Shown here: piece after piece, positions 62,805 to 64,000 of the stretch
How positions within the stretch are numbered: position 1 is the first letter of the stretch
Layout: each line of letters starts with the position of its first letter
Source of the DNA: Mobula hypostoma
Taxonomy: Eukaryota
NCBI RefSeq assembly: GCF_963921235.1
Contig: NC_086108.1
Location: 49,602,001 to 49,666,000 of the forward strand
Length of the DNA stretch: 64,000 bases
Direction of reading: 5' to 3'
The notes under the pieces: generated by a model
Database searches by the model: none
What the model was told of the DNA's origin: nothing
What the model saw: the letters and a program-made list of their open reading frames with translations, nothing else
Made by a program: the position numbers and the translations under genes

Positions 62805-63270
62805 AGGTGAATTGCCAGGATGCTCCTTGGATTAGAGAATATGTCTTATAGGGAAAGTTGTGAAAGCTAGTTTCCTTTGGAGTGGAGGAGGATGAGAGGC
62901 AACTTGATAGAGGTGTACAAATTTATGAGAGGCAGAGATAGGGTAGATAGCCAGCGCCTTTTTTTAATGCCAGGGCAGCACTGGCTAATACCAGAAGACA
63001 TTTGTTTTAGGTGAGTGGAGGAAAATTTAGGGGAAGTGTCATAGGTAGGTTTTTTTGTTACACAGAGTGGTGGGTGCCTGGTACACACTGCCGGAGCTGG
63101 GATGTGATGGAGGTTGATACAATAGGACTCTTCAGCAGGCACATGGATGTACAAAATACGGAAGGTTATGGACGCGTAGGGGGAAAGGATTAAATTGATC
63201 GGGGAGTAAGTTTATATAGGATGGCACCACATCATGGGCCATAGGGTGTATACTGTTCTGTATTGTTCAG
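62805..63270 (+). mobile_element. Decayed CR1 3' fragment
   Basis: ttggagtggaggaggatgagaggcaacttgatagaggtg (LEWRRMRGNLIEV); CR1-like tail. Confidence 0.75.
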
Positions 63271-63408
63271 TGGAGGGAGCCAAAAATAGCACCTGATCAT
63301 TCTACACACAAATGCCTATGTTATCAATAATCCACATACACTTTTCACAAAGTGGAATGTGCTCCAGTGACAGGAATACAAATTCAGTATTAGTTAAAAT
63401 TATGGAAT

Positions 63409-63715
63409 AGAATCAGAATCAGATTTAATATCACCAGTCTACTTCATGTTCTGCAGCAGCAGGACATAATAATTAAAACTACAAATTACTGTGAGAAGTG
63501 TATATTTTAAAAGAAATTAAATTACATAAGTAATGCAAAAAGACAGCAATAAAAAAAATAGTGAGGTAGTGTTCTTGGGTTTATTGTCCATCCAGAAATC
63601 TGATGGCAGAGGGGAAGAGCTGTTCCTGAAACACTGAATGTCTGTCTTCAGGCTCCTGTGACTCCACCTTGATGGTAGCAATGTCCTGGGTAACTGGGTC
63701 CTGAATGATGGATGA
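63409..63715 (-). mobile_element. Rex1/Babar-type 3' tail fragment
   Basis: agaatcagaatcagatttaatatc...ggggaagagctgttcctgaa. Confidence 0.8.
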
Positions 63716-64000
63716 AGAGTACTTACCGTAGAATTTTACTGTGATTTGGCTTGCTGAAGCCACATCATTGTTATCCTTGCTGACAAATCCTTGCCAAAGT
63801 ATCACTTCTCAAAGATTAACTGATTACTGTTATATATATTAGGAATAGGAAGCAGGAAGTTGTCTTGGGCTCTGTCTTTGCAGTGTTACAGCCCAGTTAT
63901 CAGTGGGCATTGTGAGTAAATGTGCAGCGTTGTTACCCTCAGCGGTTTAAATCCCACTACCTAAGGTTGCAGCCCTACCCAAATTCAGCAGTTAGAGCAT

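Noticed and set aside
63722..63830. Minus-strand G|GTAAGT donor with an upstream reading frame, considered as NMNAT2 exon 5
   Set aside because: No frame resembles RVTGCILSNVNTPS..., and there is an in-frame stop upstream. True exon 5 probably lies beyond the window.
1..64000. CRISPR arrays, prokaryotic operons, rRNA genes, LTR retroviruses
   Set aside because: The window is spliced vertebrate DNA; no such structures were seen.

Overview
Repeat-rich vertebrate genomic DNA. The CR1, Rex1/Babar, Penelope and V-SINE repertoire suggests a cartilaginous fish (inference). Two host genes converge tail-to-tail, as in the human LAMC2-NMNAT2 locus. The last four coding exons of a laminin gamma-2-like gene lie on + (1678-6074). 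The last six coding exons of NMNAT2 (equivalent to human exons 6-11) lie on - (59080 down to 32426); earlier exons are beyond the right edge. The rest is intron or intergenic DNA filled with CR1 LINEs (two near full-length), Rex1/Babar LINEs, Penelope-like elements (PLEs), SINEs and MITEs, often nested with readable target-site duplications (TSDs). Most interesting signals: (1) a tandem slippery site G_GGU_UUA_AAC directly before the CR1 ORF1 stop, whose -1 frame runs open into the ORF2 endonuclease, plus a second CR1 copy in which an 11-nt deletion hard-wires the same ORF1-ORF2 fusion; (2) minimal type I hammerhead ribozyme motifs in PLE termini, spread as short fold-back insertions with 12-14 bp TSDs, including sense-strand copies in NMNAT2 introns. 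All calls were made by eye; repeat boundaries are approximate.
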